Part shown: positions 8,862 to 18,773 of the stretch, piece by piece | Position numbering within the stretch: position 1 is the first letter of the stretch | How the letters are laid out: each line of letters opens with the position of its first letter | NCBI GenBank assembly: GCA_965221695.1 | Contig: OZ244905.1 | Coordinates: forward strand, 3,456,001-3,520,000 | Origin: Gammaproteobacteria bacterium | GTDB taxonomy: Bacteria; Pseudomonadota; Gammaproteobacteria; Eutrophobiales; Eutrophobiaceae | Direction of reading: 5' to 3' | Length of the DNA: 64,000 nt | Notes under the pieces: generated by a model | Told to the model about the DNA's origin: nothing | Databases searched by the model: none | The model's input: only the letters and a program-made list of their open reading frames with translations | Position numbers and translations under genes: made by a program

Positions 8862-10598
8862 ATGCCAAAGGTAAAACCATTAACCCGCGCGCTGCCATTC
8901 CTGCGCCCCTACACCGGCAGGATCCTGTTTGCGCTGGTATGTCTGAGCGCGGCGGCGCTGGCTGCGTTGGCTATGCCGCTGTCCATCAGGCTGGTGGTGG
9001 ATTACGGTTTTTCCGGCGCCAACGGCCAATCTATAGACATTTATTTCATTGCATTGCTGCTGTTATCCATGATTTACGCAATTTCCTCTTCACTGCGCTA
9101 TTACACGGTGATGTGGATAGGTGAAAGAGTGGTTGCCGACATTCGAAATGCGGTGTATAGCCACGTGATACAGATGGATCCCACATTTTTTGAAGTCAAC
9201 AAGTCCGGGGAAGTATTGTCCAGATTGACCACGGACACCACCCTGGTCCAGGCCGTGGTCGGCGCCGGGGTTTCCATCGCGTTGCGCAGCGCTTTTATCC
9301 TGGCCGGCAGTCTCGTCATGATATTTGTCACCAACGTGCGCCTCAGTATTCTGTTGTTCGGGTTGTTGCCGGTGGTGGTGTTACCCATCTTGATCTATGG
9401 CAGGAAAGTCAGAAAGTTGTCCAGGGAAACCCAGGACCGGGTTGCCGATTCCAGTGGAATTGCCGGGGAAGCGCTGAATTCCATACAGGTTGTTCAGGCC
9501 TTTACCCTGGAGACTGCGCAAAGTCGCCGTTTCAGCGACGCGGTGGAACGCGCTTTCATAGCCGCAAGAAGACGCCTCTCCGTCGGGGCGCTGTTATCCG
9601 GCCTCATTGTGTTATGCGCGTTCAGCGCGATCGTAATCGTGCTGTGGACCGGCGCCCGTTCCGTCATAGACGAAAGTATCAGCGCCGGCGTCCTGGTGCA
9701 GTTCCTGTTTTACGCTACCCTGGTTGCCGGTAGCGCCACCGCGATAGGAGAGGTCTGGAGCGACATGCAGCGGGCCGCCGGCGCCATGGAGCGCGTGATG
9801 AGCATTCTGGACAGCCGGCCGGCCATCGCAAATTCTGCCGGCAACCTCCCGTTTCCCACTGATGGCAGTAATCACATCGTCATGGACAACGTGAGTTTCA
9901 ATTACCCCAGCCGCCCCGGTCAGATGGCCCTGGACGGGTTTTTCCTGGATATCATCCCTGGTGAGACACTGGCGCTGGTAGGCCCGTCGGGCGCCGGCAA
10001 GAGCACAGTCTTTCAGTTATTGTTACGGTTTTATGATCCGGCTTCGGGCGCGATCCGACTGGATGGAGTCGATATTCGCCGTGCGGACCTGCGCGCGCTC
10101 AGGAAGCGGATCGGCATCGTGCCGCAGCAGACGGCGCTGTTTGCCGAAAGCGTACTGGAGAATATCCGTTTCGGCAGGCCGGACGCTACGGACGATGAGG
10201 TTGTTATGGCAGCCAAAGCGGCCTATGCGGATGATTTCATCCGGCAACTGCCCGACGGCTACCAGACATTCCTGGGCGAGAAAGGCGCGCGCCTGTCCGG
10301 CGGGCAGCAACAGCGCATCGCCATTGCCCGGGCCGTGTTGAAAGATCCGCCCATATTGTTGCTGGATGAAGCCACCAGCTCACTGGATGCGGAAAGCGAG
10401 AACCTATTGCAGCAGGCATTGCAGCAGTTGATGGCAAACCGCACGGTAATTGTGATTGCCCACCGGCTGGCCACCGTGAAAAAAGTTGATAGGATCATCG
10501 TGATGGACCGAGGCAGGGTGGTTGATAGCGGCAACCATGACAGCCTGATAGCCAGAGATGGCATCTACGCGCGACTTGCGGAACTGCAGTTTGACTAA
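8862..10598 (+). CDS. ABC exporter, fused permease and ATPase (MsbA-related)
   Basis: TM domain with SRLTTDTT; Walker A GPSGAGKS, LSGGQ, LLDEATS. Start moved to ATG 8862 to avoid overlap with sohB. Confidence 0.9.
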   Translation: MPKVKPLTRALPFLRPYTGRILFALVCLSAAALAALAMPLSIRLVVDYGFSGANGQSIDIYFIALLLLSMIYAISSSLRYYTVMWIGERVVADIRNAVYSHVIQMDPTFFEVNKSGEVLSRLTTDTTLVQAVVGAGVSIALRSAFILAGSLVMIFVTNVRLSILLFGLLPVVVLPILIYGRKVRKLSRETQDRVADSSGIAGEALNSIQVVQAFTLETAQSRRFSDAVERAFIAARRRLSVGALLSGLIVLCAFSAIVIVLWTGARSVIDESISAGVLVQFLFYATLVAGSATAIGEVWSDMQRAAGAMERVMSILDSRPAIANSAGNLPFPTDGSNHIVMDNVSFNYPSRPGQMALDGFFLDIIPGETLALVGPSGAGKSTVFQLLLRFYDPASGAIRLDGVDIRRADLRALRKRIGIVPQQTALFAESVLENIRFGRPDATDDEVVMAAKAAYADDFIRQLPDGYQTFLGEKGARLSGGQQQRIAIARAVLKDPPILLLDEATSSLDAESENLLQQALQQLMANRTVIVIAHRLATVKKVDRIIVMDRGRVVDSGNHDSLIARDGIYARLAELQFD

Positions 10599-10673
10599 CC
10601 TGGATATAGCCCAGTACTCCGAGCTTCTTGGCATCTGGCGAACACGTATGCGTCGCCAGCGGTCCCTGCGCCG

Positions 10674-11150
10674 TCACTCTACATACGGAATAAATCGGCC
10701 CAGGATAATCACACAGACCCAAAAGGTTAAGGATAGGGCAGAAACTGTCTTGACCGCCAACCCGGGTTCTCGTGCGCCTGCTTCCATGGCTTTGCTGTGA
10801 GCTGTCATAGCGAAATATAGCGCGTTCAACCCGGCCAGGAGGATGCACAGCATCTTTAGGCGAAACGCGATGTTGGGGTAATAACGGAACGGATCACTGA
10901 AAAAGAACAGGGTCCCGGTTACCAGGTTGATACCAAATCCGGCCAGGGCCAGCGGCAGGAACCGGGACACTGCGGCAACCGGGAAGCTGCGGGTAAAGCC
11001 CAACAGTCTGCAATCCACCACCAGCAGCGATCCGATTAGCAGCGAAAGCCCGATGAAGTGCAGGGTTTCAGCCATCGGGAACAACCAGACACTGTCTCGC
11101 ATCGCCTGGCCCAGCGCCGAGGTTTCTATACTCAGGAGGAGGTCATACAT
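10674..11150 (-). CDS. Small four-TM membrane protein (DUF6644-like)
   Basis: FPMAETLHFIGL...DCRLLG...GTLFF...F.LKM...GRFIPY; start set at ATG 11150 just after the upstream paralog. Confidence 0.7.
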   Translation of the reverse strand: MYDLLLSIETSALGQAMRDSVWLFPMAETLHFIGLSLLIGSLLVVDCRLLGFTRSFPVAAVSRFLPLALAGFGINLVTGTLFFFSDPFRYYPNIAFRLKMLCILLAGLNALYFAMTAHSKAMEAGAREPGLAVKTVSALSLTFWVCVIILGRFIPYVE

Positions 11151-11154
11151 AAAC

Positions 11155-11646
11155 TTATATTTCGTGCCCGAACTCGATATAAGCGATGAGCCGTCCGGCG
11201 ATAATTGCGCCGGCCCAGAATACCAGAGAGCAGCCAGCAACGAGTTTCGTTCCGATGGGTATTTCGGGACCGTGTGCCGGCATGGCAACAGCATTCTGTA
11301 AGGCCCGTGCCAGCAGCCACAGCGATGCGGCGCCCAGGGTGATAAGCGATATCTTGAACCAAAACACCGGGTGGTAAAAAAACTTCACAGGGTCGCCCGA
11401 AAACAGCGCCAGGCCGGTTACAAGATTCAATGCGAGCCCTACCCAGGCGACGGCAGATAAGCGCGCGAACAGCGAATAAGGAACGGCGCGGGCAAATCCC
11501 AGGATGCGGAGACTGATCATAGTGGCCGTGCCGGCGACTACAGCCATGCCCAGCGCATGACAGGCCAGCACAATCGGATACCCCCAAATCGATTCTGCCA
11601 CCCAGGTCCCCAGGGCGCTGTCTTGCAACCAGATCAGGAAACTCAT
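11155..11646 (-). CDS. Small four-TM membrane protein (DUF6644-like), paralog of the downstream gene
   Basis: YPIVLACHALGM...LRILG...TGLALF...FWFKI...GRLIAY. Confidence 0.7.
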   Translation of the reverse strand: MSFLIWLQDSALGTWVAESIWGYPIVLACHALGMAVVAGTATMISLRILGFARAVPYSLFARLSAVAWVGLALNLVTGLALFSGDPVKFFYHPVFWFKISLITLGAASLWLLARALQNAVAMPAHGPEIPIGTKLVAGCSLVFWAGAIIAGRLIAYIEFGHEI

Positions 11647-11733
11647 GAATATGCGCGCAGTATGCAAACGAAAATTATAATACCTGGCGACTTAAGGCGC
11701 ACGGCTATTCGATGAACGACCTGGTCAGGCCAG

Positions 11734-12978
11734 CTAGCTGATGCTATTCAAATACCAGCGGACAAAGATCTTGACCCGTTCTTCGTGCATGGAGTAGGGG
11801 CCGGGCCGGTAACGGCTAGACATAATCCCGGCGTTATTGTTTTCGGTAATCTTCTTGTCTTGCATGGTGGTCACGTGCCAGAGCCAGGCCAGGTTTTCCG
11901 GGTCGTAATCTACGCCTTCTACCGCGTCCTTGCGCACCAGCCAACTGAACTGCACATCGGTATTGACCGCGTCACGCGGGGTGAAACGCACCATCAAGGC
12001 AAAATCATTGAACGCAAGGATATAATTGGTCGGATTGAACACGAACGCGGTTTCACCGTGATCATATTCCCTGAATCTACCCATTAGCTTCTTGCAGCCG
12101 GGTTTGCCATCCCTGGTCTCCGAGGCAAAATTCCGATCATTGATAGGGACTCTCGAGAGTTGCGCTAGGTCCAGCGAATGTTCGTCCCGTTCAAATTCGG
12201 GGACGGGGTGACCCAAGGCCAGGGTCTTTTGCGTCCATTCATCCAGAATTGGCTGGTATTTCTCCAAGGCTTCTTTTGGGCCGGAACCCGGGCCCGCTCC
12301 CAGCGCCAGCAGTTGGTCGCGGGGATGAACGCTACAATACTCCGGGTGCGCCGGAGCGCAGTGGTAGCATTCGAGGAAATTTTCTACTACGAGCTTCCAG
12401 TTGCAATGGTTCGGGTAATCGCGCTTAACTGCGATCTTTGCGTCCTTGAAGCCATGGAAATCCATCATTTCATCAAAGAGGGAATACTGCTCGGCAAAAT
12501 CGGGGGGCGCATCCTCGGACAGGCACACGAAGATCAAACCGTGATAGACGGTGACGTGCAGCTTGTGCAGGTTATGTTGTGTCCTGTCAAAGTCAGACGG
12601 CATCAGTTGCGGCGGACGCAATTCTCCGTCCAGATTGTAAGTCCAGGCGTGATACGGGCAGGCGAGCAGTTTCTTATTACCTTGCTGTTCCAGGCAAATG
12701 CGCGAACCCCGGTGCCGGCAGACGTTAAACAAGGCATTTATCCTGTCCTCCGACTCACGCACGATAATGATGGACTCATTGCCAATACTGAACAGGAAGT
12801 AGTCGCCCTTATCGGGTATGCGTGATTCGTGGTCGACCAGTAACCACCTGCGGAAAAACAGGCGCTCCAGGTCACGCGAAAATATGTCCGGCGACCGGTA
12901 AAACGCTTGTTCCAGAGAATAACCGTCCCGGTATTCTGTGATCATCCGGTCAATGCCGGCGCTGACGACAGCGTTCAT
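11734..12978 (-). CDS. Rieske non-heme iron oxygenase alpha subunit, glycine betaine/stachydrine demethylase-like
   Basis: Rieske motif NVCRHRG...CPYHAWTY; iron-site motif NWKLVVENFLECYHCAPAH; QD and YRPGPYS near the C-terminus. Confidence 0.88.
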   Translation of the reverse strand: MNAVVSAGIDRMITEYRDGYSLEQAFYRSPDIFSRDLERLFFRRWLLVDHESRIPDKGDYFLFSIGNESIIIVRESEDRINALFNVCRHRGSRICLEQQGNKKLLACPYHAWTYNLDGELRPPQLMPSDFDRTQHNLHKLHVTVYHGLIFVCLSEDAPPDFAEQYSLFDEMMDFHGFKDAKIAVKRDYPNHCNWKLVVENFLECYHCAPAHPEYCSVHPRDQLLALGAGPGSGPKEALEKYQPILDEWTQKTLALGHPVPEFERDEHSLDLAQLSRVPINDRNFASETRDGKPGCKKLMGRFREYDHGETAFVFNPTNYILAFNDFALMVRFTPRDAVNTDVQFSWLVRKDAVEGVDYDPENLAWLWHVTTMQDKKITENNNAGIMSSRYRPGPYSMHEERVKIFVRWYLNSIS

Positions 12979-12988
12979 ATTCTTTTAA

Positions 12989-13015
12989 GGAACCTCTGTT
13001 TTAGCCAGAGACATC
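12989..13015 (+). mobile_element. Degenerate minimal MITE copy
   Basis: TTAA followed by GGAACCTCTGTTTTAGCCAGAGACATC. Confidence 0.6.
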
Positions 13016-13084
13016 ACCAACGGTGTGATTCCGATGGGCGCGGTACTGGCAGACCGCAATTTTTATCACGGTCCCGAGTATGCT
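13013..13084 (+). pseudogene. Relic of an omega-amino acid (beta-alanine)--pyruvate aminotransferase
   Basis: Translates as ITNGVIPMGAVLADRNFYHGPEYA, resembling the class III aminotransferase segment after the PLP lysine (AKG-ITNG-x-IPMGAV...GPE). Confidence 0.7.
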
Positions 13085-15042
13085 CAGCTCATATCCAGGA
13101 CCTGGCTGGCCGCGCGCTCGCCTTCTTCCGCAGCGGTTGTCCAGAGTTGGGCGCCGGTCAATTCGGAATGGCCAAAGGCAATGCGTCCGAAAGGTTCGCG
13201 GATCATGTCGCTGGCGGAGAGTTCGCCGTGTTTGCCGTGGTAAAATCCGGGAGGCGATACCACGTAAGCGTGCCCCCAGCGGTTCGAGACGATGCCGGCA
13301 ATATCGCGTTTGGCATCGAAGCCGTATGCCGAAAACATCTTATTGAACTGCTCCCGCACGCCCCGTTCCACGTCTGCATAAGACAGGGCGAACAACTGCA
13401 TGCGGGCAGTGGTTGCCTGCTGTGGCATAGGGATGCCGGGGTTGCAAAATGAGTTGTACATGGTCAGCGCCGTGGGTTTGCCCGGGTCCAGTGGCATGGG
13501 TTCCTTCCCGTCGATTAGCATCTGCCGGCGCAGGCTGAAGAACCATCCGTAGCCTTCAAACCAGCGCACGGCGCTCGCGCCCAGCTTCTCCAGGAATTTC
13601 CAATTGCGCAGGGCCACGTTGATGGTGTGCATGGGCGCATGATGGAAGGTCGCCATCGCGTCCTGATAATCTGGCGGCAAGTCCTTGCAGACCAGCCGGT
13701 TCACCCACTGACCGCAGGCCATCACGACGTTTTTCGCCTTTACCTTGTGTAATTTGCCATCCTTATAATAGATGACGGACACGCTGCGCGCGGAGTTCGG
13801 TGAGCCGTCATGCATCACGCCGGCCACGGTGGCGGACAGGCGCATGCGCGTCGGCTGACCGGCGCGATCCAGAGCGTCCCAGTTGATATCATTAAACAGA
13901 ACCGCGGACAGGGAATTGTCCCCCTTGATGGAAGCGGGGATCATAGCCTTGACGAAGTGGCGGGCGATACCGGTGTTGCCGCCGGGGAAACTGGCCAGGT
14001 AAACGTATTCGGATGGGTCCTCCAGGCCGGCATAACGTTTGTAGGAAATCACGCCCGGCTGGACAAACTCGTAGGCGGAGTACGCGGAGATAACGTCCGC
14101 CCCCAGTCCGCAGCCCATGGCCGCGGTCTGCGGATTCAGATAAGGCATCACGTCTTTGGAGACGCCGACATGACGGGTTAGAAACTCTTCGTAAGTCATG
14201 CTGTCCAGCCAATGGTGCCAGTCGTCTTTCCGGTAGGGCACATCCTTGTAAACCTCCATGTGCAACAGGTCGCGCTTCAGACTGTCAGCTATCGGCGCAT
14301 CCTTGAAACCGCTGTTCCAGGGGTTCAGCGTCATGCCGTGGTTTTCATAATAATGCGCCAGGTCTGCATGCTCCCAGGCAATGTGCATCGGGCTGTAAAC
14401 GTCCTTGGGGATAATCAGGTCTTTTTCGAGGTTTTTTGCGGCCTGGTATTTGAATTCCTGCGGCAGTCCCAGCTTGTCCCAATAGCGATGATGCCAGCCA
14501 ATGGGCTTGGTGCGGTTTGGCGGAAAGACGCTGCCGTTCGATCCCTGGGGCGCCCATAGCCGGATGCCGTCTACTTCAAATTCATTCTGTTTCGCCTCAC
14601 CGCCGAAGATGGCATGGTTGTCCATGATCAATGTGGAGCCGTTCGGTCTGTCCTCGTGGTAGCGATATGCGGCTGCGAGTCCGGAAAAACCGCCGCCGAC
14701 CACGACCAGATCATAGACTTCGCCTGAATCAATAGCGTCCTTGAAGGCTTTTTCAAATGTGCCGTTGCGGATGCCATGGCCGTCATTAATCACTTCATGG
14801 GTGTTGCCGTTGGCGTTGCTGTAATCGCCGATACCACCGGGTCCGGTCCAGTCAGGACCCATGCCGGTCAAGGGGACAGCGAGCGTCTGCGCGTTGGCGT
14901 TGCGCATCAATCCCGGCGCGTTGGCATACAGCAATCCGGCCCCGGCGCCGATCAAGCTGCTACCGATAAAATCCCGGCGGGTAATCTCAGCGTCCAAGCC
15001 CAGCAGTCTGTCTGCGCGGGCGTTGTTTTGCGGTTTAGTCAT
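13084..15042 (-). CDS. spdH: Tat-exported FAD oxidoreductase, spermidine dehydrogenase-like
   Basis: ITRRDFIG twin-arginine signal; VVGGGFSG; DNHAIFGGEAKQNEF; FPGGNTGIARH; NRWGHAY; PFGRIAF. Exact substrate uncertain. Confidence 0.7.
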   Translation of the reverse strand: MTKPQNNARADRLLGLDAEITRRDFIGSSLIGAGAGLLYANAPGLMRNANAQTLAVPLTGMGPDWTGPGGIGDYSNANGNTHEVINDGHGIRNGTFEKAFKDAIDSGEVYDLVVVGGGFSGLAAAYRYHEDRPNGSTLIMDNHAIFGGEAKQNEFEVDGIRLWAPQGSNGSVFPPNRTKPIGWHHRYWDKLGLPQEFKYQAAKNLEKDLIIPKDVYSPMHIAWEHADLAHYYENHGMTLNPWNSGFKDAPIADSLKRDLLHMEVYKDVPYRKDDWHHWLDSMTYEEFLTRHVGVSKDVMPYLNPQTAAMGCGLGADVISAYSAYEFVQPGVISYKRYAGLEDPSEYVYLASFPGGNTGIARHFVKAMIPASIKGDNSLSAVLFNDINWDALDRAGQPTRMRLSATVAGVMHDGSPNSARSVSVIYYKDGKLHKVKAKNVVMACGQWVNRLVCKDLPPDYQDAMATFHHAPMHTINVALRNWKFLEKLGASAVRWFEGYGWFFSLRRQMLIDGKEPMPLDPGKPTALTMYNSFCNPGIPMPQQATTARMQLFALSYADVERGVREQFNKMFSAYGFDAKRDIAGIVSNRWGHAYVVSPPGFYHGKHGELSASDMIREPFGRIAFGHSELTGAQLWTTAAEEGERAASQVLDMS

Positions 15043-15072
15043 ATGCTTCCCCCTGGCATTAAGTTTGTCTTG

Positions 15073-15255
15073 CTAATGTAGCATTATTTTGTGAAACGCG
15101 GAAGAAGACAAATGGTACTGTTGCTTGAAACGCTTGTTGAAATGCGCGCTGTCCTGGAAACCCCAAAAAAAGCAACATTGGAGAATTCTCTGTGTTAAGT
15201 GTCGCGCGCGCAAATCCAAGCGTTGGCGAATGATATACTGCCTGATCTGCGCCAC
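15073..15255 (-). pseudogene. C-terminal fragment of an AraC/XylS regulator
   Basis: QYI..QRL...CFFWGFQDSAHFNKRFKQQY matches the second AraC HTH; there is no N-terminal domain. Confidence 0.7.
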
Positions 15256-15259
15256 CTAG

Positions 15260-15308
15260 CATTCCCGTGCAACCCCCCGTTTTCACGGGGGCAGGCTACG
15301 GAATCCAG
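15260..15308 (+). repeat. Composite REP-like element
   Basis: CATTCCCGTGCAA[CCCCCCGTTTTCACGGGGGCAGGCT]ACGGAATCCAG: a REP unit with a second hairpin nested inside. Confidence 0.6.
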
Positions 15309-15366
15309 TTGAACAATGGGTCGCCCTCCGGGCGTCAGTTGTATACGGATAGCATGAATTAAAGAC

Positions 15367-16677
15367 ATGACAAACACTATCATCCGCTTTCTGGAATGCC
15401 GTTTCAGGCTCACTGAATACGGCGTCAAGGTTCGCACAGAGGCGCTGGCGGGTTGCGCCACCTTCGCCACTATGGCCTACATCATCTTTGTCAACCCGCA
15501 GATGATGGCTGCTGCCGGCATGGATCAAGGCGCAGCTTTCGTCGCTACCTGTCTGGCCTCGGCGCTGGCCTGCTTGATCATGGGTCTGTATGCAAACTGG
15601 CCGGTGGGACTGGCGCCGGGAATGGGCATGAACGCGTTCTTTACCTACACGGTGGTCGGCAGCCTGGGCTACAGTTGGCAGATAGGACTGGGCGCAGTGT
15701 TCCTGTCCGGAGTCCTGTTCGTCATCATCAGCGTTACTCGCTTGCGTGCGTGGTTGCTGAACAGCATTCCGATGAATCTGCGCCTGGCCATGGGTTGCGG
15801 AGTGGGATTATTTATCGGGTTTATTGGTCTGCAGAACGGTGGCATCGTAGTATCCAGTCCCGCGACCCTCCTTAGCTTGGGCGACCTGACCCGGCCTGAA
15901 CCCATGCTTGCCGCGGCCGGCTTCCTGCTCATCGCCGGGCTGAGTGTGCGCGCTGTCCCCGGCGCCATATTGTTGGGTATTCTGGCGGTGACGGTCATGG
16001 GTCTGCTTGTTGGATTGGCGAGCTACCAAGGGCTGGTTTCCGCTCCGCCGGATCTGGCCGCGACCTTTCTGCAACTGGACATCGCCGGCGCCCTGGAGTT
16101 GGGCCTGATCAGCGTGATAGCCGCATTCCTGTTTGTCAACCTGTTCGACACCACCGGCACACTGATGGGCATCGCCCAACAGGCCGGCCTGGTGGACGGA
16201 CAAGGCAGGGCGCGGAACCTGGAACGGGCGCTGAAGGCAGACAGTTGCTCCAGCGTGGTCGGCGCATGTCTTGGATGCACACCAGTGACCAGCTACGTGG
16301 AAAGCGTGGCGGGCATCGCCGCAGGCGGCCGCACCGGGTTGAGCGCAGTGACGGTCGGCATCCTGTTCCTGCTGGCTATATTCCTGGCGCCGCTGGCGCG
16401 TATGGTCCCGGAATTTGCCACCAGTGGCGCCTTGATCTTCGTGGCCCTGTTAATGTTAGGCGGCATGCGCTACCTGGCCTGGGACGATGCCACCGAGCTG
16501 CTCCCGGCGCTGCTTACCATTGTCGCGATACCGCTGACATTCTCCATTGCCGATGGCATTGCCGCGGGTTTCATGACTTATGTTTGTGTTAAGTTGGCCA
16601 GCGGCAAACGCCAGGAAATTACTTCGGGAGTATGGTTGTTGGCTCTGATCTTCCTGGCCCGGTTTATCTTCCTGTAG
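15367..16677 (+). CDS. NCS2/AzgA-type nucleobase permease
   Basis: TMAYIIFVNP, APGMGMNAFF, LFDTTGTL, TSYVES, GGRTGL, PLTFSIADGI. Confidence 0.92.
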   Translation: MTNTIIRFLECRFRLTEYGVKVRTEALAGCATFATMAYIIFVNPQMMAAAGMDQGAAFVATCLASALACLIMGLYANWPVGLAPGMGMNAFFTYTVVGSLGYSWQIGLGAVFLSGVLFVIISVTRLRAWLLNSIPMNLRLAMGCGVGLFIGFIGLQNGGIVVSSPATLLSLGDLTRPEPMLAAAGFLLIAGLSVRAVPGAILLGILAVTVMGLLVGLASYQGLVSAPPDLAATFLQLDIAGALELGLISVIAAFLFVNLFDTTGTLMGIAQQAGLVDGQGRARNLERALKADSCSSVVGACLGCTPVTSYVESVAGIAAGGRTGLSAVTVGILFLLAIFLAPLARMVPEFATSGALIFVALLMLGGMRYLAWDDATELLPALLTIVAIPLTFSIADGIAAGFMTYVCVKLASGKRQEITSGVWLLALIFLARFIFL

Positions 16678-16812
16678 CAGTCCGTAGCTGGGCGCAGATG
16701 CGCGCTGACGAGGGTCAACAACGCCGGCCGGTAATATTTGTACTCTGCCCCAACATGATAAAATGATATACTTCCAGATAATGCACAAGCCTTGTAGAAG
16801 CGGGAGAATAAC

Positions 16813-17751
16813 GTGAGCGAAGTGGAAAACGGCAACGGCGCAGGGCATTCGGAGTGTGATCACTGCGGCATTTTTACCATCCCCGGGCCCCATCCCATCA
16901 TGGGAGCATGGCGGGATATTTCCTACAGCCCGGTGCGCGACAGAATCTGGTCAGTCAGCGAAGGGATTTACCGCTCCATATTTCTGGAAGGCGAAAAAGG
17001 GGTTATTGCTTTTGACACCCTGACTACACCCGGCACCGCCAGGGCCTATGCCGGCGCCATAGGCAGGGTATTCCCGAAAAAACCGATCCACACCATCGTC
17101 TATTCCCATGATCATCTGGACCACACCGGATTTGCCGCGGACTTGGCCCCGGACGCGGACATCATCGCCCACAGGTTATGCGCCGAGGTGGTTGCGGCGC
17201 GTAAGTCCGACGGCCAGTTACCGGCCACGGAAGTCTGGGATGGCGAGCGCAAGTCTTATGAGATTGACGGGATTTACTTCGAACTGCTTTATCCTGGCCC
17301 GACCCACGGCGACGGGAATATCGCGGCCTGGTTTCCGCAGAGCAAAATACTGTTCATGGTGGACACTATCATCCCCGGCGTGGGCTACACCTTTTTCCCG
17401 GACTGGCACTTCAAACCCTACGTGCCGAGCATGAAGCGCCTCTTGAGCCTGGACTGGGACATATTCATTCCCGGTCATTTCTGGATCACCGACCGCCAGG
17501 GTTTTATGGATAATCTGGACTATTACGAACTGATGGCCGAATTTGCACAGCAGGCGATTATCGATGGACTGGATCCCCATGACTGGGAGGGCGTATGCAG
17601 CTATACCGAGGAGAAGCTGTCAGCGTCTTTCGGCAACCTGTTCCGCTACCACGAGTACTGCGCGATGAACCTGTCCAGGTATATGCAGACCTACCTGACC
17701 GGGGGCTGGGGTATTGAGGGCAATATAAACCCCGTTACCACACCGTTTTAG
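16813..17751 (+). CDS. MBL-fold metallo-hydrolase (paralog 1)
   Basis: YSHDHLDH, PTHGDG, VDT and PGH ligands all present. Confidence 0.85.
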   Translation: MSEVENGNGAGHSECDHCGIFTIPGPHPIMGAWRDISYSPVRDRIWSVSEGIYRSIFLEGEKGVIAFDTLTTPGTARAYAGAIGRVFPKKPIHTIVYSHDHLDHTGFAADLAPDADIIAHRLCAEVVAARKSDGQLPATEVWDGERKSYEIDGIYFELLYPGPTHGDGNIAAWFPQSKILFMVDTIIPGVGYTFFPDWHFKPYVPSMKRLLSLDWDIFIPGHFWITDRQGFMDNLDYYELMAEFAQQAIIDGLDPHDWEGVCSYTEEKLSASFGNLFRYHEYCAMNLSRYMQTYLTGGWGIEGNINPVTTPF

Positions 17752-17818
17752 GGAAACTGTGATTAAGTCAGAGTTTCCATGCTCCGACAAGTCCTGTAAG
17801 GGCTTGTTCAGAGCTTCT
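17752..17818 (+). mobile_element. IS5-like MITE, 67-bp variant
   Basis: GGAAACTGTGATTAAGTCAGAG...CTTGTTCAGAGCTTCT flanked by TTAG and TTAA. Confidence 0.75.
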
Positions 17819-17835
17819 TTAAGCTTAATCAGGAA

Positions 17836-18756
17836 TTGACAATGAGCGAGAACAGGGGATTATTCACGACCGACAAGGCACAAGCTTATCTTGCTTTTGA
17901 GCCGGACCTGACACTTGAGCAGTTGTCTGAGCGTCTCTGGACGGTTAGCGATGGGACTTGCAGGGCTATTTTCATCGAGGGCCGCGAAGGCGTCATCGCG
18001 TTCGATACCTTTGGAACCCCGGGCCGGGCGCGCGCCTATGCCGGCGCCATCAACAAAGCTATACCGGACCGGGAAATCACTACGATAATCTATTCCCATG
18101 ACCACCTGGACCACGCCGGTTTCGCCGCCGACCTGGCGCCCGGCGCGCAGATCATTGCCGACGAGCTCTGCGCAAAGGTCGTTAAGCTGCGCGCTGCCGA
18201 GGGGCAACTCCAGCCTACCCGGATATTGCGCGGCCATGAAAACCGGATCACTGTGGATGGCGTGGAACTTGTGCTGTTGAACCCGGGGCCTACCCATGGT
18301 TCCGGCAATTTGGCTGCCTGGTTTGCCGAAGAGAAACTGCTGTTCTCCTCGGATACCATACTGGCTAATGCCCGTTACGGGCTGATGCCGGATATACACC
18401 TGGCGAATTTTGTCCGCTTTATGCGCGGTTTTCTTGAGTTGGACTGGGACAGGTTTGTGCCTGGACGTTACGGGTTGACGGACCGGGCCGGGTTCATCCG
18501 CGGCTGCGAATATATCGAGGCGACGCAGGAGGCCTGCCAGCAGGCTTTCGTGGAATTCGTGCCTATCTGGGCATACGATCCTATGCGGGAGTACGTTATG
18601 CACAAGTTGGCCGACCGTTTCGGCGACCTGGACGGCTTTGCCGAGCATGTGGGCCTGACGGCCATGCGCATTGTGCATCATTACCTTATGGGAGGCTGGT
18701 CGCTGGAGGATACACCTGAACCGGGTTATCTCCTCGCCGACGCTGTGAAACTGTAG
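17836..18756 (+). CDS. MBL-fold metallo-hydrolase (paralog 2, last His ligand replaced)
   Basis: YSHDHLDH, PTHGSG and SDT present, but PGR where paralog 1 has PGH; collinear with paralog 1. Confidence 0.85.
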   Translation: MTMSENRGLFTTDKAQAYLAFEPDLTLEQLSERLWTVSDGTCRAIFIEGREGVIAFDTFGTPGRARAYAGAINKAIPDREITTIIYSHDHLDHAGFAADLAPGAQIIADELCAKVVKLRAAEGQLQPTRILRGHENRITVDGVELVLLNPGPTHGSGNLAAWFAEEKLLFSSDTILANARYGLMPDIHLANFVRFMRGFLELDWDRFVPGRYGLTDRAGFIRGCEYIEATQEACQQAFVEFVPIWAYDPMREYVMHKLADRFGDLDGFAEHVGLTAMRIVHHYLMGGWSLEDTPEPGYLLADAVKL

Positions 18757-18773
18757 AGAGTAGGTACTAGGTC

